In this document: one piece after another, positions 1-10,140 of the stretch
Layout: every line of letters starts with the position of its first letter
Numbering within the stretch: the stretch's first letter is position 1
NCBI GenBank assembly: GCA_016932915.1
Contig: JAFGBY010000112.1
Span: 1 to 52,269 of the forward strand
Origin: Acidobacteriota bacterium
GTDB taxonomy: Bacteria; Acidobacteriota; DATKUA01; JAFGBY01
Length of the DNA stretch: 52,269 nucleotides
Reading direction: 5' to 3'
Notes under the pieces: generated by a model
What the model saw: the letters and a program-made list of their open reading frames with translations, nothing else
What the model was told of the DNA's origin: nothing
The model's database searches: none
Made by a program: the position numbers and the translations under genes

Positions 1-62
1 CTTGAGGTTAAACCTTAAGCCGGGTGATATTTACTGATTCAGTTGGAAATTATCTGATAGTC

Positions 63-1982
63 TTACTTAATAATATCCATTACCAAATCTGTGTTTGTTT
101 CAATTTTAACTTCACGGAACATCATTTCGAGGTTTGCATACAGAGCTTTATTCTGTTTGTCCTGTAACAATCTGGACTTGTAAGATTCGGAATTCCTCAA
201 GAATTCATTAAAATCTATATCTATCTTTTCTTCGATCTGCCCGATGATGTAACCATTATAATATTCGAACGGTCCCTTCACTTCGCCTGTTCTGCCGTTA
301 AATGCTTCGTAATTAAGCTCTGCAATAGCTCCTATGCCTGGGATAGCTCCGCTCCGTGTAATTGGCTCTAATGATTCAACTGTTAAACCTGATGCAATTA
401 CAGCTTCATCGATGGGAGTACCGGCTCTGATCTTATCTGCCAGATCAGCGGACTCTTTCTCCGCTAATGATTTAGCAACTTCCTCACGGTACCCTGATTC
501 AACATCCTGCCGTACTTCTTCCATCGGTGGGATGTGACTTTCTTTCTGTTCCTTGATTTTCAGGAAAAGGATTGAATCCCCGTTTACTATAGGTTCTGAT
601 ATAGAATCTACACCTGATTTAACTGTGAAATCCATTAGTTTGTCTGATGGAGGGACACCCTGCGGCAGGCCGCCCTGGGGGAAGAATTCGGTCTGGCGGA
701 AGCTTAAATTTTCTTTTTCAGCTGTTTTATTCCAGTCCTTGCTGTCTTCAAGTACTTCTGTAATCCTCTCTAGATCAGCATCTCTTTTTTCGGTTGCCTT
801 GAATTCTTTCAATTTTTCCATGATTTCATTTTTAACATCAACATATTTAGTATATTCAGAGCTTCTGGTATCTTCGAGTTTAATAATATGATAACCGAAT
901 ACGGTTTTGATCGGCCCTACGATTTCACCATTTTTCATACGCCATAGAGCTTCATCGAATTCAGGCTGGTATACTCCTTTAGCTGCATAATCAAGTAAAC
1001 CACCATTTACAGCGCTTGCGGTATCCTCTGAAACCCTCGTTGCGATTGCTGCGAAATCCTCGCCTGATTTGACCATTTCCAGAACCTTATCGGCTTCTGC
1101 TTTGATTCTTTCTGCTGTAGCTGCATCCGCGTCTCTGGGGACTTTTAAAAGAATATGCCTGGCCTGTCTTTTTGCAGGTTCTAGATAATTATCTTTATGG
1201 GTTGTATAATAGTTGTACGCTTCTTCTGAGGTTATCTCAATTCCCTCCAGGTACTTTTTCAGATCAATATTCACTATTTCATATTTATTGGAATCCGGAC
1301 GGCGATAGTCTTCTTTATGCTCATTATAAAAACTATTTAAAGCTTCATCAGTGACTTCAACACGGTCTTTCAGTTTATCGATGCTTACCTTTACTATTTT
1401 AAGGCGCACTTTTTCATTTTCGAGTTTATATTGATCAAGAGCTTCTTCGTCGGTCACATCAATGCCGATAAGCAGTAGGTTTTGAAGCTTTCTGAGTTTT
1501 ATTTCGTCTTTCAAGCCGGATTCAAAAGCAGCAATACTCTGCCCGCTACCTTCGATGATCCTCTTATACATAGCATCTTCAACCAGTTTTCCGTCTTTAT
1601 CTCGGAATATATAATTACCGGCTGAATCTTTGAAGTTCATTATAGTATCGTATAACTCATCCGGGCTGGTCACGATTCCAAGTTCATCAGCTTCTTTAAG
1701 CCAGAGTTGCTCACGAATAAATTGTGTGATTATTTCGTTTGCGATCATCATACGCGATTGTTCGTCCTGAGCATCCTTGGCGTACTGTTGGAAACGAGTA
1801 CCAAACTCATACCTATCCATTTCTACATCACCGGCTTTAACAATTACATTAGGATTTCCCTGGATACCCTGGCTGCCGCTTCCCCAAATCAAAAATACGC
1901 CGGCTATAAATGAGAAAATGACGGCCCATAACAGTCCTTTTATGAATTTCGATTGAACATTTTCACGCATTACCTTTAACAT
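63..1982 (-). CDS. ppiD: PpiD-like periplasmic chaperone / parvulin PPIase with SurA N-terminal domain
   Basis: N-terminal TM anchor (KGLLWAVIFSFIAGVFLIWG); parvulin motifs ARHILL, FAAIATRVSEDTASAVNGGLL, PIKTVFGYHII; 639 aa; SD AGGAGG upstream. Confidence 0.85.
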   Translation of the reverse strand: MLKVMRENVQSKFIKGLLWAVIFSFIAGVFLIWGSGSQGIQGNPNVIVKAGDVEMDRYEFGTRFQQYAKDAQDEQSRMMIANEIITQFIREQLWLKEADELGIVTSPDELYDTIMNFKDSAGNYIFRDKDGKLVEDAMYKRIIEGSGQSIAAFESGLKDEIKLRKLQNLLLIGIDVTDEEALDQYKLENEKVRLKIVKVSIDKLKDRVEVTDEALNSFYNEHKEDYRRPDSNKYEIVNIDLKKYLEGIEITSEEAYNYYTTHKDNYLEPAKRQARHILLKVPRDADAATAERIKAEADKVLEMVKSGEDFAAIATRVSEDTASAVNGGLLDYAAKGVYQPEFDEALWRMKNGEIVGPIKTVFGYHIIKLEDTRSSEYTKYVDVKNEIMEKLKEFKATEKRDADLERITEVLEDSKDWNKTAEKENLSFRQTEFFPQGGLPQGVPPSDKLMDFTVKSGVDSISEPIVNGDSILFLKIKEQKESHIPPMEEVRQDVESGYREEVAKSLAEKESADLADKIRAGTPIDEAVIASGLTVESLEPITRSGAIPGIGAIAELNYEAFNGRTGEVKGPFEYYNGYIIGQIEEKIDIDFNEFLRNSESYKSRLLQDKQNKALYANLEMMFREVKIETNTDLVMDIIK

Positions 1983-2231
1983 GCTCTTTTCCTCCTGGTT
2001 CTAGTTTCTCTAGTCTCGGTCATTCTATCCTACACATCTTTTTGTGTAAACAACCTTTTTAAGAGTGAAAGATAACTGCTTCTACCTGTTTATCACTCAA
2101 TAAACTCTTTCAAATCTTTATTACGTATCTCGGTAGTTAGGTGTTGAATGATTCAGCGAATAAAATATAATTACTATTCAAGGATAATAGTATTAACATA
2201 CAAGAGAAGATTGAGAAAATAGAGGAACAGA

Positions 2232-3536
2232 ATGACGGAAAAAAATGAAACGAAGCAGGAGTTCAAAGATATTACCTCTGTGCTGAAAGAGCTGTCTATC
2301 GCAGTACCGGTTTCAGAAACGAAAACGGAAGAAGAAAAGATAATCCAGACCTTATCAAAGTCTGTAAGTATAAAAGGTTTTCGTAAGGGTAAAGTACCTC
2401 TTGAACTTATTAAAAACAAATACAAACAAAACATAGAAGAAGAATTACTGGAGAAAATTATCCAGGATAAAGTAAAAAACTTCTTCGAAAAATCAGATTT
2501 GATGCCAATTTCAACACCAAGCGTAAAAGAATTGGATTATAGCCTGGGCAATCCACTCTCCTTCACAGTGGAGTTTGAGATCAGACCTGAGCTGGATATC
2601 CAGGGTTATAAAGATATAAAAGTCGATATTGAGAAAATTAAAGTTTCAAATAAAGAAGTTGATGAAGAAATTGAAAATCTCCGCAAGCGAGCCGCGCAAC
2701 TTGACCCCGTCGAGGGAAGAGGAGTTATTGCAGGTGATTTATTGACGATGAGCGGTACTTTCACGGAATCCCACGGTGACCACTCTCATACACATGAAAT
2801 CGGCAGAAGGAATTATCCTATGCCTGATCAGAAGAGTGAATTTTCCAATTTTGATAAACAAATTGAAGGAATGACCAAGGACGATGAAAAATCCTTCGAA
2901 ATTGAAGTCGATAATGAACGGCTTGGTAAGAGTCTTAAAGGTAAACATATCGAGTTCAATGTGAAAATCGAAGAAATACATACTGTCCAGCTTCCTGAAG
3001 TCGATGATGAATTCGCAAAAAGCCTTGGAGAATTCGAAGACCTGAAAACCCTGAAAGAAGAAATTAAAAACTCACTGATTGAACTAAAAAAATCGGAAGA
3101 ACGAAGAAAAGCGGGAGACACTCTTCTTGATAAAGTGATAGATAAAAACGAATTTGAGATCCCAAAGGCGTATATTGAGGATGAGATAAACAATATAATA
3201 AATTATAAAGCAACACAGCTTCTTAATATGGGTATCAATCTCAGGCATAACCCGATTGATTGGGAAAAAATGAGAGAAGATGTCCGCGAAGATGCTTCAA
3301 AAAACGTTGCGAGAATGATGACCTTGATTAATATTGCTGACAAAGAAGAGATCAAGGTAGATGAGAAGGAAGTCGAAGAGAAGGTAAAAGACATTGCTGA
3401 TCAACGAAAAGTCAGCAATACGAAATTACTTGCCGATTTTAAGAAATCTGGTGAGTATGACCGGATAAAGACCGATATTTTGTTTACTAAAACAGTTGAT
3501 TTTCTCTTTGAAATTAACCATATTAAAATTGGATAA
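2232..3536 (+). CDS. tig: Trigger factor (divergent FKBP domain with His-rich insert)
   Basis: Ribosome-binding signature GFRKGKVP; LPEVDDEFAK motif; position upstream of clpP-clpX. Confidence 0.92.
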   Translation: MTEKNETKQEFKDITSVLKELSIAVPVSETKTEEEKIIQTLSKSVSIKGFRKGKVPLELIKNKYKQNIEEELLEKIIQDKVKNFFEKSDLMPISTPSVKELDYSLGNPLSFTVEFEIRPELDIQGYKDIKVDIEKIKVSNKEVDEEIENLRKRAAQLDPVEGRGVIAGDLLTMSGTFTESHGDHSHTHEIGRRNYPMPDQKSEFSNFDKQIEGMTKDDEKSFEIEVDNERLGKSLKGKHIEFNVKIEEIHTVQLPEVDDEFAKSLGEFEDLKTLKEEIKNSLIELKKSEERRKAGDTLLDKVIDKNEFEIPKAYIEDEINNIINYKATQLLNMGINLRHNPIDWEKMREDVREDASKNVARMMTLINIADKEEIKVDEKEVEEKVKDIADQRKVSNTKLLADFKKSGEYDRIKTDILFTKTVDFLFEINHIKIG

Positions 3537-3541
3537 ATCTT

Positions 3542-4126
3542 ATGACTTTAGTTCCAATAGTTGTTGAAAATGACGGCAGAGCAGAGCGGTCCTACGATAT
3601 ATTTTCTAGGCTGTTAAAAGACCGTATAGTGATGCTTGGCGATGAGCTTGAAAGCAGACTGGCAAATCTTATTGTTGCCCAGATGTTGTATCTTGAAGCG
3701 GAAGATCCTGAAAAGGAGATCTCAATATATGTTAATTGTCCCGCTGGTGATATAAGCGCTGGATTAGCGATTTATGATACAATGAAACTGATTAAGCCTG
3801 ATATCCGTACATTATGTTATGGAGAGGCTTCCGAGATAGCTTCCCTAATTGTGGCAGCAGGAACAAAAGGAAAAAGATTTGCGCTTCCTCATTCAAGGTT
3901 TACAATGTATCAACCAACTGGAAAGCTAAATGGACAGGCAACCGATATAGATATCCAGGCAAGGGAGCTCATCAGGAGAAGGAACGAAATCATTAAAATA
4001 TTGTCAGAAAATACTAACCAGCCGATAGGTCAGTTAGAAGTCGATACGGAACGTCAGATGATAATGGATGCGCAAGCTGCGAAACAATACGGGCTGATTG
4101 ACGAAATATTGAAAGAAAGAAAATAA
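3542..4126 (+). CDS. clpP: ClpP-family subunit lacking the catalytic triad (ClpR-like, predicted inactive)
   Basis: LVPIVVE..GRAERSYDIFSRLLKDRI, AGLAIYDTM, GKRFALP, GQATDI and YGLID motifs; triad positions are E98/Y123/Q172 instead of S/H/D. Confidence 0.9.
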   Translation: MTLVPIVVENDGRAERSYDIFSRLLKDRIVMLGDELESRLANLIVAQMLYLEAEDPEKEISIYVNCPAGDISAGLAIYDTMKLIKPDIRTLCYGEASEIASLIVAAGTKGKRFALPHSRFTMYQPTGKLNGQATDIDIQARELIRRRNEIIKILSENTNQPIGQLEVDTERQMIMDAQAAKQYGLIDEILKERK

Positions 4127-4150
4127 AAATTAGCGGTTATAGAGGTTTTA

Positions 4151-5395
4151 ATGGTTAAGACAAACGAAGGATTTAACGCTCTTAAATGTTCTTTCTGTAA
4201 TAAAAGCCAGAAGGAAGTTAAGAAGCTTATCGCTGGACCGAATGTTTACATATGCGATGAGTGTGTAGAAATCTGCAATGAGATAATTACAGAAGAGCGT
4301 TTACAGGAAAAATCCAAAGCCAAACTTGGCATCCCAAAACCGGAAGAGATCAAAGAGTTCCTTGATAAGTATGTTGTTGGCCAGGAACAAGCAAAAAAGA
4401 AAATATCCGTCGCGGTTTATAATCATTATAAAAGAGTGGAATTTTATGATGAGAAAACAGATGACGTTGAGCTGAATAAAAGTAATATCCTTCTTATTGG
4501 GCCCACTGGAACGGGAAAAACTTTGATAGCAAGGACACTTGCAAAATGCCTGAAAGTCCCGTTTGCTATTGTGGATGCCACAACTCTTACAGAGGCTGGA
4601 TATGTCGGAGAGGATGTTGAGAATATAATCCTCAAACTTTTCCAGGCATCCGGGTTTGATCTCGAAAAAACCCAGAAGGGTATCATTTATATCGATGAAA
4701 TCGATAAAATCAGTAAAAAAGATGAGAATCCATCAATTACCCGCGATGTTTCAGGTGAAGGAGTTCAGCAAGCTCTGCTGAAAATACTTGAAGGTACTGT
4801 CGCTAATGTTCCTCCACAGGGAGGCAGAAAACATCCGCACCAGGAATTCTACCAGATAGATACTACTAATATTCTCTTTATTGGTGGTGGAGCTTTTATC
4901 GGACTTGATAAGATAATCAAGAAACGAATCGGCGCGCGGACTATGGGATTTAACTCTGAGAAAGAGGATATGAAAAGCATCGATGATATAGAAATCTTGA
5001 AGATGGCTGAACCTCAGGATCTAATCAGGTTCGGCTTGATACCGGAATTTGTCGGGCGGTTGCCCATCATCGGCACACTTGAAAACCTCAGCCGTGAAGC
5101 GCTGCTTACGATTCTGTCTAAACCAAAGAATGCGCTCATCAAACAGTACCAGAAGCTCTTTGATTTTGAAGGAGTGAAGTTGAATTTTTCTGAAGATGCC
5201 CTTGAGGAAATAACAGCCCTCGCGCTTGAAAGGAAAATCGGCGCTAGGGGATTAAGGGCCATCATGGAAGATTTCATGCTTGATATCATGTATGATTTAC
5301 CTTCTCAGAACGATATTAAGGAATGTGTGATTGATAAAGACGTAGTAAAGAAGGCAAAGGAGCCGATGATTGTCCGCGAGAAAAAAGCGGGCTAA
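4151..5395 (+). CDS. clpX: ATP-dependent Clp protease ATP-binding subunit ClpX
   Basis: Zn finger CSFC...ICDEC; Walker A GPTGTGKT; pore loop GYVG; IDEIDK; RKH loop; MGF ClpP-docking loop. Confidence 0.98.
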   Translation: MVKTNEGFNALKCSFCNKSQKEVKKLIAGPNVYICDECVEICNEIITEERLQEKSKAKLGIPKPEEIKEFLDKYVVGQEQAKKKISVAVYNHYKRVEFYDEKTDDVELNKSNILLIGPTGTGKTLIARTLAKCLKVPFAIVDATTLTEAGYVGEDVENIILKLFQASGFDLEKTQKGIIYIDEIDKISKKDENPSITRDVSGEGVQQALLKILEGTVANVPPQGGRKHPHQEFYQIDTTNILFIGGGAFIGLDKIIKKRIGARTMGFNSEKEDMKSIDDIEILKMAEPQDLIRFGLIPEFVGRLPIIGTLENLSREALLTILSKPKNALIKQYQKLFDFEGVKLNFSEDALEEITALALERKIGARGLRAIMEDFMLDIMYDLPSQNDIKECVIDKDVVKKAKEPMIVREKKAG

Positions 5396-5437
5396 TCCTT
5401 GCAGAAATTTCACTAGCAGCATTTGAACAAGGATACT

Positions 5438-7837
5438 ATGATGTCAGAGAAAACCGAAATATATCAAAATTTACCGCTCCTGCCTATGCGGGACCTGGTA
5501 ATTTTTCCAAATATGATGATTCCTTTTTTTGTAGGAAGGGATAAATCTATCAAAGCCCTGGACTACGCACTTGAAAAAGACCAGAAAATCTTCTTAGCCA
5601 CTCAGAAAGATGCGCTGGTTAATGAGCCGGAAAAAGAAGATATTTACCTCATTGGTGTAGTCTCAAAAATTATTCAAAGTTTAAAAATGCCCAATGGGAA
5701 CATTAAAGTCCTTATTGAAGGTTTACACAGGGCAAAGATTATAGATTTTATAGACCAGAACGATTATCTGGAAGTTGTTACGGAAAAGCTAACTCCCAGG
5801 CCTGAGCTCTCGGATGTTCCTTCTCATCTTACTCGTGATGTCACCGAGAAACTGGAGCAATACTTAAGGCTAAGCCAGAATATTAATTCCGATGTGTTTG
5901 TTTCCACTTTAAAAGAGACTAACCCGGATAAGCTTGCGGATTCCATCGCTGCTCACTTAAATATTGAAATCAAACAGAAACAAGAACTTCTGGAAACGGT
6001 CAATCCTAAACTTCGTATGACCAAACTCCAGACGATTCTCGATATTGAAATCGAAAAGGTGATGCTGGACGAGAAGATCAACGAGGAAGTCAAAAAGCAG
6101 ATGGAAAAAGCTCAGCGGGAGTATTACCTGAATGAAAAGATAAAAGCTATCCATAAAGAACTAGGCAGGACGAAAGAAAAGGTTGATGAGATTGACCAGC
6201 TGAGGGAGAAGATAGATGAAAGCGGTATGCCCGATAAGGTCAAGGAAAAGGCAGAACAGGAACTTGAAAAGCTGGAATCCATGCCTCCGATGTCTGCAGA
6301 AGCAACAGTTTCAAGAGGTTACCTTGATTGGCTGATCTCAATGCCATGGAATAAAAGGTCTCGCGAGAAACGGGATCTTATTAAAGCGGAAAAGATATTA
6401 AACGATGATCATTATGCCCTCGAAAAACCGAAGGAGAGAATTCTTGAATTCCTGGCCGTTCGGCAGCTTGTAAAGAAACAGAAAGGTTCAATACTCTGTT
6501 TTGTCGGGGCTCCCGGTGTTGGTAAAACATCGCTCGCAAGTTCGATTGCCAGAGCCACAGGCAGAAAATTCGTACGGCTTTCTCTAGGAGGAGTCCGCGA
6601 TGAAGCTGAGATACGCGGCCACAGGAGAACATATATAGGTGCGTTCCCTGGCAGGATTATACAGATGATCAAACGTGCAGAAACCAAGAATCCCGTTTTC
6701 CTTTTGGATGAAGTTGATAAAATGAGCACGGATTTCCGTGGAGACCCGTCTTCAGCCCTGTTGGAAGTACTGGATCCGGAACAAAATCATTCCTTCCTGG
6801 ATCATTACCTGGATGTTGAATTTGATTTGTCGGAGGTAATGTTCATTGCTACCGCGAACGTTCTGCACCCGATACCAAGGGCTTTACAGGACAGGATGGA
6901 AGTTATCCATCTTTCCGGTTATACCTTAGCGGAAAAGATTGAAATAGCAGAACGGCACTTGATTTCAAAGCAGTTAAAAGAACACGGCCTTCATAAAAAG
7001 AAAATCGTTTTCACACGTGAAGCGATTAAATATATCATTGAGAAATATACACGCGAGGCGGGGGTTAGAAACCTCGAGCGGTCTATTGCTTCCCTGTTAA
7101 GGAAGATGGCTCGCCAGTATGTTACTAAGAGCATTAAAAAGACTGTAAAACTGACACCGGAGAAAATAGAGGAATATCTGGGTATTCCGAAATATCGAAA
7201 AGCCGAAAAGGAACAAAAGGCAGAAGTTGGGCTCGTTATGGGTGTTGCTTGGACCGAAATGGGTGGGGAATTGCTTGCGACAGAATGTACATTGATGCCG
7301 GGGAAAAGCAACCTGAAGCTTACAGGCCAGCTTGGAGACGTTATGCAGGAATCTGCGCAAGCTGCTATGAGCTATGTCCGTTCCAATTCACTGCAATTTG
7401 GTATCCCGTATGATATCTTTAAAAAGAATGATGTCCATATTCACGTTCCTGAAGGAGCAATCCCAAAAGATGGTCCATCAGCAGGGATTACTATGGCGAC
7501 TGCATTGGTATCCGCATTTACCAGGGTGCCTGTAAGACACGATATAGCCATGACGGGGGAAATCACTCTGCGAGGAAAAGTACTTCCTATTGGTGGATTA
7601 AAAGAAAAAGTCCTTGCGGCTCACAGGGCAGGGATCATGGAGATAATTATCCCCGCTGAGAATGAAAAAAATATCGAGGATATACCGCCAGAGATTTTAA
7701 AAGAGATAAAACTTCATAAGGTTGAAAACGTCAACGAGGTGATTAAGCTTGCCCTGACCGAGGAATTAAAGCCTATTCAAGATGTGAAAAAACTGGATCA
7801 TGATGACAACAATGTAACAGATGGAATAGCGCATTAA
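5438..7837 (+). CDS. lon: Lon (La) endopeptidase
   Basis: Walker A GAPGVGKT; LLDEVDK; catalytic PKDGPSAG and GGLKEK; start probably ATG 5438/5441 after AAGGA (ORF track uses TTG 5423). Confidence 0.97.
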   Translation: MMSEKTEIYQNLPLLPMRDLVIFPNMMIPFFVGRDKSIKALDYALEKDQKIFLATQKDALVNEPEKEDIYLIGVVSKIIQSLKMPNGNIKVLIEGLHRAKIIDFIDQNDYLEVVTEKLTPRPELSDVPSHLTRDVTEKLEQYLRLSQNINSDVFVSTLKETNPDKLADSIAAHLNIEIKQKQELLETVNPKLRMTKLQTILDIEIEKVMLDEKINEEVKKQMEKAQREYYLNEKIKAIHKELGRTKEKVDEIDQLREKIDESGMPDKVKEKAEQELEKLESMPPMSAEATVSRGYLDWLISMPWNKRSREKRDLIKAEKILNDDHYALEKPKERILEFLAVRQLVKKQKGSILCFVGAPGVGKTSLASSIARATGRKFVRLSLGGVRDEAEIRGHRRTYIGAFPGRIIQMIKRAETKNPVFLLDEVDKMSTDFRGDPSSALLEVLDPEQNHSFLDHYLDVEFDLSEVMFIATANVLHPIPRALQDRMEVIHLSGYTLAEKIEIAERHLISKQLKEHGLHKKKIVFTREAIKYIIEKYTREAGVRNLERSIASLLRKMARQYVTKSIKKTVKLTPEKIEEYLGIPKYRKAEKEQKAEVGLVMGVAWTEMGGELLATECTLMPGKSNLKLTGQLGDVMQESAQAAMSYVRSNSLQFGIPYDIFKKNDVHIHVPEGAIPKDGPSAGITMATALVSAFTRVPVRHDIAMTGEITLRGKVLPIGGLKEKVLAAHRAGIMEIIIPAENEKNIEDIPPEILKEIKLHKVENVNEVIKLALTEELKPIQDVKKLDHDDNNVTDGIAH

Positions 7838-7910
7838 TCCGGTCAGCGGTTCACCCGAAATCATAAAATAAAAATAAGCTTGAAAAAAAGCTGGGAATGT
7901 AATATAGTTT

Positions 7911-8498
7911 ATGTTGGACTTACACAATTACAGATACTGGGGAAGTGCTCGTTCACAGGATGATTGGCCGAAAGACGGCCTAGTGGAAGTTGGAGTTGTT
8001 GGTAGATCCAATGTTGGCAAATCCAGCCTAATAAATATGCTGCTTGGTTCCAAAAAGGCTGCACGAACAAGCAGTAATCCCGGGAAGACACGATCCTTAA
8101 ATTTCTATTTAATTGATAATAAGTTTTACCTGGTAGATTTTCCAGGGTATGGATATGCTAAGGTATCTAAGTCCGAAAGGGTGGAATGGAAAAAAGCCAT
8201 CGAACAATACCTGACTGGCAGCCGCTATTTGAAAAAAGTGCTATTGTTGGTTGATGCACGCCACGAACCGTTTAAAACAGATGTTGAAATGAAACAATGG
8301 TTTGATGAGTTCAATATTCCGGTTCTCGTGGTCGCTACTAAGTCTGATAAATTGTCAAAAAATAAACTTGCCCGGATTTGGTCAAAGAATCTTGGCAGTT
8401 TTTCGCTGAATAAATTACAGCAAATTTGTTTTTTTTCATCTATAAACGGCGAAGGAAAAAGCCGTGTAATAAAAGAAATTGAAGAAGTACTAGGTTAA
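7911..8498 (+). CDS. yihA: Ribosome biogenesis GTP-binding protein YihA/EngB
   Basis: [26 protein letters not shown]; typical position after lon. Confidence 0.95.
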   Translation: MLDLHNYRYWGSARSQDDWPKDGLVEVGVVGRSNVGKSSLINMLLGSKKAARTSSNPGKTRSLNFYLIDNKFYLVDFPGYGYAKVSKSERVEWKKAIEQYLTGSRYLKKVLLLVDARHEPFKTDVEMKQWFDEFNIPVLVVATKSDKLSKNKLARIWSKNLGSFSLNKLQQICFFSSINGEGKSRVIKEIEEVLG

Positions 8499-8512
8499 AG
8501 GAGAGTTGCTTT

Positions 8513-9769
8513 ATGAATATTTCAGAGCTGAAAGAAAAGAGCGTACCGGAACTCATCCAGATTGCGCATGAACTTGAAGTAGAAGGCGCAGCCGGAATGA
8601 AAGTTTCCGAGCTTATTTTCAGTATTCTTCAAGCACAAACGGAAAGAAACGGACTGATTTTTGCCGAAGGCGTTCTGGAAGTTTTACCAGATGGATTCGG
8701 ATTCCTCCGCGCGCCCGATTATAATTATCTGCCCAGCCCCGATGATATATATGTTTCACCGTCTCAGATCAGGCGGTTCGAATTGCGTACCGGGGATACC
8801 GTTTCGGGCCAGGTTAGGCCGCCGAAGGAAGGTGAACGTTATTTTGCCCTAATCAAACTGGAAGCCGTTAATTTTGCTCCAGTTGAAGAACTTAAAAACA
8901 GAATTTTCTTTGATAACCTCACCCCGCTTTACCCGGATGAGAGAATCGTCATGGAAACGAAGGATCCGAAAAATATTTCGGGCCGTGTCCTTGACCTGCT
9001 GACTCCTATCGGAAAGGGGCAGAGGGGTATGATCGTTGCGCAGCCGTATACCGGTAAAACTACGCTGCTTCAATGTATCGCAAATAGTGTAACTATAAAT
9101 AATCCTGAGGTTTATCTCATCGTTCTGCTGATCGATGAGCGCCCGGAAGAAGTTACCGATATGCTTCGTTCCGTTAAAGGCGAGGTTATCAGCTCGACAT
9201 TTGACGAACCTGCTTCAAGGCATGTGCAGGTTGCGGAAATTGTTCTCGAAAAAGCGAAACGCCTTGTCGAGCATAAAAAGGATGTCGTCATCCTGCTCGA
9301 TTCCATCACCCGTCTCGCAAGAGCTTATAACACCATTCAGCCGCCCAGTGGAAAGGTACTTTCCGGTGGTCTCGATGCTAATGCCCTTCAGAGGCCAAAA
9401 AGATTTTTCGGTTCAGCCCGTAATATCGAGGGTGGTGGCAGCCTTACAATTATTGCGACTGCTCTTATCGATACAGGCAGCAGGATGGATGATGTTATTT
9501 TTGAGGAATTCAAAGGTACCGGTAACATGGAAATTACTCTCACACGTAAGTTGATGGAGAAGAGAGTATTCCCGGCAATCGATATTGCCCCATCAGCGAC
9601 GAGGAAAGAGGAACTTCTTGTACCGGAAAAAGAACTTAACAGGATCAGGATTCTGCGTAAGGTGCTCCACCCGATGTCCAGTGTGGAAGCGATGGAGCTT
9701 CTTATTGATAAATTGTCTCAGACAAAGTCAAATGGCGAATTCCTTGAATCTATGAGTAAAAGCCGTTAA
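8513..9769 (+). CDS. rho: Transcription termination factor Rho
   Basis: [49 protein letters not shown]; SD AAGGAG. Confidence 0.98.
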   Translation: MNISELKEKSVPELIQIAHELEVEGAAGMKVSELIFSILQAQTERNGLIFAEGVLEVLPDGFGFLRAPDYNYLPSPDDIYVSPSQIRRFELRTGDTVSGQVRPPKEGERYFALIKLEAVNFAPVEELKNRIFFDNLTPLYPDERIVMETKDPKNISGRVLDLLTPIGKGQRGMIVAQPYTGKTTLLQCIANSVTINNPEVYLIVLLIDERPEEVTDMLRSVKGEVISSTFDEPASRHVQVAEIVLEKAKRLVEHKKDVVILLDSITRLARAYNTIQPPSGKVLSGGLDANALQRPKRFFGSARNIEGGGSLTIIATALIDTGSRMDDVIFEEFKGTGNMEITLTRKLMEKRVFPAIDIAPSATRKEELLVPEKELNRIRILRKVLHPMSSVEAMELLIDKLSQTKSNGEFLESMSKSR

Positions 9770-9773
9770 AAGC

Positions 9774-9802
9774 TTGCATGCGAATTAAAAATATTATATA
9801 TT
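9774..9802 (+). promoter_or_regulatory. Putative sigma70 promoter for rpmE
   Basis: TTGCAT-N17-TATATT. Confidence 0.5.
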
Positions 9803-9847
9803 TCGAATTCGTTTTTGAGTTAGATGTGTACGCATGAGAGGATAGAA

Positions 9848-10060
9848 ATGAAAGACAAAATACATCCGGAACTTCACACAGTTGATGTTACGTGTGCGTG
9901 CGGCGCTACCTGGAAGACTCGTACTACGAAGAAAGAATTAACACTCGATATTTGTTCGAGCTGTCATCCTTTCTATACCGGAAAACAGAAACTCGTTGAT
10001 ACAGCCGGAAGAGTAGAGAAATTCCGTAAAAAATACGCTGCAAAAAAAGAAGATCAGTAG
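9848..10060 (+). CDS. rpmE: 50S ribosomal protein L31 (Zn-binding, C+ type)
   Basis: [30 protein letters not shown]; SD GAGG before ATG 9848. Confidence 0.97.
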   Translation: MKDKIHPELHTVDVTCACGATWKTRTTKKELTLDICSSCHPFYTGKQKLVDTAGRVEKFRKKYAAKKEDQ

Positions 10061-10070
10061 AATTATAAAC

Positions 10071-10126
10071 ATTCCCCTTATTTTCCTGGCAGGAGTGTGC
10101 CATGTGAAAGTGAGGGGATTTATTTT
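10071..10126 (+). terminator. Long stem-loop after rpmE (terminator/attenuator or mRNA-stabilising hairpin)
   Basis: TCCCCTTATTTTC..TGGCA/TGCCA..GAAAGTGAGGGGA followed by TTTATTTT. Confidence 0.5.
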
Positions 10127-10140
10127 ATAGTCAGGACGAT

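Noticed and set aside
1983-2231. tRNA often found upstream of tig
   Set aside because: No cloverleaf or GTTCRA T-loop visible; the region is AT-rich divergent promoter DNA.
3830-3832. Ser97 of the ClpP-like protein as a shifted nucleophile
   Set aside because: Gapless alignment puts it one residue before the nucleophile elbow, and His and Asp are also absent, so a functional triad is unlikely.
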